Assembly: GCA_963693365.1 (NCBI GenBank)
Contig: CAVNZM010000010.1
Span: 8,495,794-8,559,793, forward strand
Length of the DNA: 64,000 nucleotides
Direction of reading: 5' to 3'
Source of the DNA: Amoebidium appalachense
Lineage: Eukaryota > Protista > Ichthyosporea
The notes beneath the pieces are model-generated. The model made no database searches. It was not told the DNA's origin and was given only the letters and a program-made list of their open reading frames with translations. Below, in pieces: positions 60,847-64,000 of this stretch. Made by a program: the position numbers and the translations under genes. Position 1 is the first letter of the stretch, and each line of letters begins with the position of its first letter.

Positions 60847-62761
60847 GAGGGGGGGGGGGGGAGGGGAGGAGGAAGGCGGAGGGGGGGGGGGGACAGGGGG
60901 GGGGGGGGAGGGGGGGGGGGCTTGTGGTATCGACTGGTGGCTGGGTGGATGGATGGTGAAAATGGGTAGGTGTGGGTATGAGTGTGTATGGTGGGTGGAG
61001 GTGGAGGGGCCCTCGGGGGGTTGGGGTGGGGTGGGGTGGAGGGAGGGAGGGAGGGGGGAGGGGGGTACTAGAGTTTGATAGAAGAGGGGATGGGTGAGTG
61101 GGGCGCTAGTCCACTGCCTCCCGTGAGAGAAAGGTCGTGTAAGTGGATAATCTCTTCTATTTCGATACCTATTTTGTATTTTCGAACCTACTTTGTATTG
61201 TTTACTTTTGTTTTTGCTCCTTCCCCCCCCCCCCCCCCCCCCTCTTTTTTCCCCCTTCTTTTGGGGTGTGTGTGTTTGTCCGGGGGGAGGGATATGTGTG
61301 TGAGGAGGGGGGGAGGGGGGGAGGAGAGAGGGGGGAGGGTGTGTGTGTGTTGTGTGTGTGTGTTGGGGGGAGGTGGGCTGAATGGTCGCATAGCACTGGA
61401 GACTGACTGAGGGTGTCTGTGCAGCAGCAGAAGCAGTCGGTATGACAGCAGCAAGAGCGACAGATACAGCAGGTGTGTGTGTGCGTGTGTGTGTGTGCGC
61501 GCGCGTGTGTGTGTGTGCGTGCTTGCGTGTGTGTGTGTGTGTGCGTATGTGTACGTGTGTGTGAACGTGTGTGAGTGCGTGCGTACATGCGTGCGTCCAT
61601 GTGTGTACGTGACTACCCATTCAGACCCCTTCTTCCCCTCCCCCCCCCCCCCCCCCCTCCCCCCCCCTCTCCCCTTCCCCCCCCTCTCCCCCTTCCCCCC
61701 CCCCTCTCCCCTTCCCTGGCAAAAAAAAAAGAGAAAGAAAGAAAGAGAAAAACAAGTCAGCAAGACAGAAAAGACATGACATCGTGATGGACACAAGGAG
61801 CTTTTGTGCAATATGCAGGTTTTTTGACTTTATTTTTGCACTATTTCACTGTGCATATTAACCTTCCCCTTCCCCCCCCCCCCTACCCGCCTGCCGGGAG
61901 TCAAACCAATCAAATCATTTGACCCAATTACATATAAATAAAGCAGAGTTTGAGTTGGCTTTGATCACAATGCGATGGTTTTGAAACCTGGGTACTGCAC
62001 ATGATGTGCACCCTTGCTTTTTACTCATGTGGCGTGCTCCCTGGGTGTGCATCCTTTGTGCACATATAGGTGGCCTTGCTCGTTGCAATTATGCGTCTCG
62101 TCCTGTATAGCACATGCTAACATCAACTCCTCCTTATATTCTAGCCGTGGGGATGATGGGTATGGGGGCAGCCGTAAGGGGCCCAACGATATGGACAAGT
62201 GGGCAGCCCGGCCCGCACAGGGCGGGTCTCTGTTTTCGGATGAGGAGGAGGAGGAAAAGCCAAGGCGCAGGTGCGTGTGGTTGTGTGCTTTGGGGAAACG
62301 GAGGGGGGGGGGGGGGCAGGGGGGGCAGGGGGGCAGGGGAGGGGGGGGGGGTTCTTGGCGTGGATGGAGGACTCAGTGTGTTCGTATCCTGGGATGCAGG
62401 GATGTGTGGTTGGTGTGAATGGTCTTTTTGGGAAGAGAGGGGAGGGGAGGGGGAAGGGGGAGAGGCAAGGGGGAAGGAGGAGAGGGGTGGCTTGCATGAA
62501 GGGTGTATGTGATCTTGTATTGGATGGAGTGGTATGTATGTGGTGGCGGTGGTGGGGTTGAGTGTGGGTGATGGGTTGGTAGGTTTATACGAGTGTCTCT
62601 ATGTGTCCGGTGGTGGTGGTGGCGATGGAGGGTAGATAAGCCTTAGATAAGGGCTGCAGCCATAGTCTCTGGTATTGCACGCATGGCTGTGGTAAGATGG
62701 GCATGCCGACTGCAGGGGGCGTACGAATTTCTAAAGAGCAAAGACTTCTTTTTTTTTCCCG

Positions 62762-62803
<42 letters not shown>

Positions 62804-63680
62804 GGGGGGGGGGGATGGTGTGTTGAAGGTGGGTGGGTGGGGAGGGGGGGTGTCGGGGGGTGGGTGAGAGATGGTGTGTGGGTGTTTCGAGGGTGGTTGG
62901 GCGGTGGGTATGAGGGGGGAAGGGGGGGGGAGGGGGAGGGGGGATGACTGAGATTAACCATAGATGCATTGCAGGTCACCCTCTCCAGGCAGCAGGCGCA
63001 AGTCTGAAAGCACATCAAAGTCACGGTGGGTGGCTGGGGGAGGTGGGGTGTTGGTGCGGTGGTGTGTATGCGTGTGTGTGTAGGGGGGGGAAGGGAGGGG
63101 GGGGGAGGGGGCGGGGAGAGAGAGAGAGAAGGGGGGAGGGGGGGGGAGAGAGGGGGGGGGGGGGGGGGGGGGGGGCACCTACAAGCAGGCAGCCCTGGTG
63201 GGTGGGGTGATAGAGAGTGGCCTGTGTGCTGCATTCAGAGAGGGCACGTGCAACGGTGGCTGGGGCCTGGGTGCCATTGGGGCGTGCACTTGTGTGGATG
63301 TTACTGCTGTGTGTGTTTTGGTCTGTTACAATGGGCTGCTCATATCCTCCCCCTCCCTCCCTCTGCCCCTCCTCCCCCTCCCTCGTTCCCTCCCCCCTCC
63401 CCCCACCACCACCACCACACACACACAACACACACACATACTTCCTTCCCATCCCCCAATCCCCCCAATCCCCCCCCCCCCCCCCTCCCCCCCCCCCCCC
63501 ACACCTCTCTACCCCCCTTACAGGCGTGATGATGATGACAGTCCCCCCTCACGGCGCAAGGACACAACAGCAGGGTCACCCCCCCGTAGCCGCAGCAATA
63601 AGACCACACAGAGCAAGAAGAAGACCCCCTCAGCAAAGATGGTCAGTCTGGGTGCTGCTGCTGAGTTTGCAGACACACAG
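57623..63680 (+). CDS. CLINT1: EpsinR/CLINT1-type ENTH-domain clathrin adaptor, 5' part (continues beyond the window)
   Basis: Exons 57623-57831, 58071-58143, 59350-59488, 59900-60079, 60738-60798, 61425-61472, 62145-62270, 62975-63025, 63524-63680. ENTH motifs [76 protein letters not shown]. The epsinR-type motif [11 protein letters not shown] (cf. KTIDLGAAAHY) is present. Confidence 0.85.
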
Positions 63681-64000
63681 GTGGATAGTGAGGGAGGAGG
63701 GGAGGGACAGGAGGGGGGGCAGAGACAGAGACACGGACAGAGACAGAAAGGGACGGAGAGACGACAGGGGTAGGGACGGGCGGGGGGGAAGTAATGAGAG
63801 AGAGAGTGAGAGGGGAGAGCGGAGGTCGAGTCAGGGAGCAAGGAGGGTCTCCGGAGACCAGGGATTGGAGGATGTGTTTGGGGAGATGAGTCTCGGGGGC
63901 CGGCCACGTGCGCCGTCTGGAGGCGCCGACGATTTTGGAGAGTCCTCGGACTTTGTTGGTAAACACATGTGTTTGTTGCTCATCCCCATACCCCCCATAT

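Overview
Intron-rich eukaryotic genomic DNA. The gene content (BCR/ABR-like, epsinR, dispanin, GH135) suggests a unicellular holozoan or other opisthokont, but this is inference only. Six protein genes were assembled by hand: the 3' end of sphingosine-1-phosphate lyase (+), an intronless CD225/dispanin (IFITM-like) gene (+), a ~27-exon BCR/ABR-like coiled-coil-DH-PH-C2-RhoGAP gene (+) whose GAP domain lacks the arginine finger, a secreted Spherulin-4/GH135 hydrolase (+), MSH3 (-) and the 5' part of epsinR/CLINT1 (+). MSH3 has a clear U12-type AT-AC intron with a TCCTTAAC branch site. Introns are saturated with poly-G/poly-C and (GT)n/(CA)n tracts, often with one polarity per intron, and several 3' splice sites are a pure (CA)n tract ending in CAG. 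There are also several inverted-repeat MITE-like elements, a tRNA-headed Pol III/SINE-like cluster, minisatellites, duplicated splice sites and decayed transposon fragments. Nearly all ORFs in the supplied track are repeat artefacts. Exon boundaries come from reading frames and splice signals, not from transcript data.
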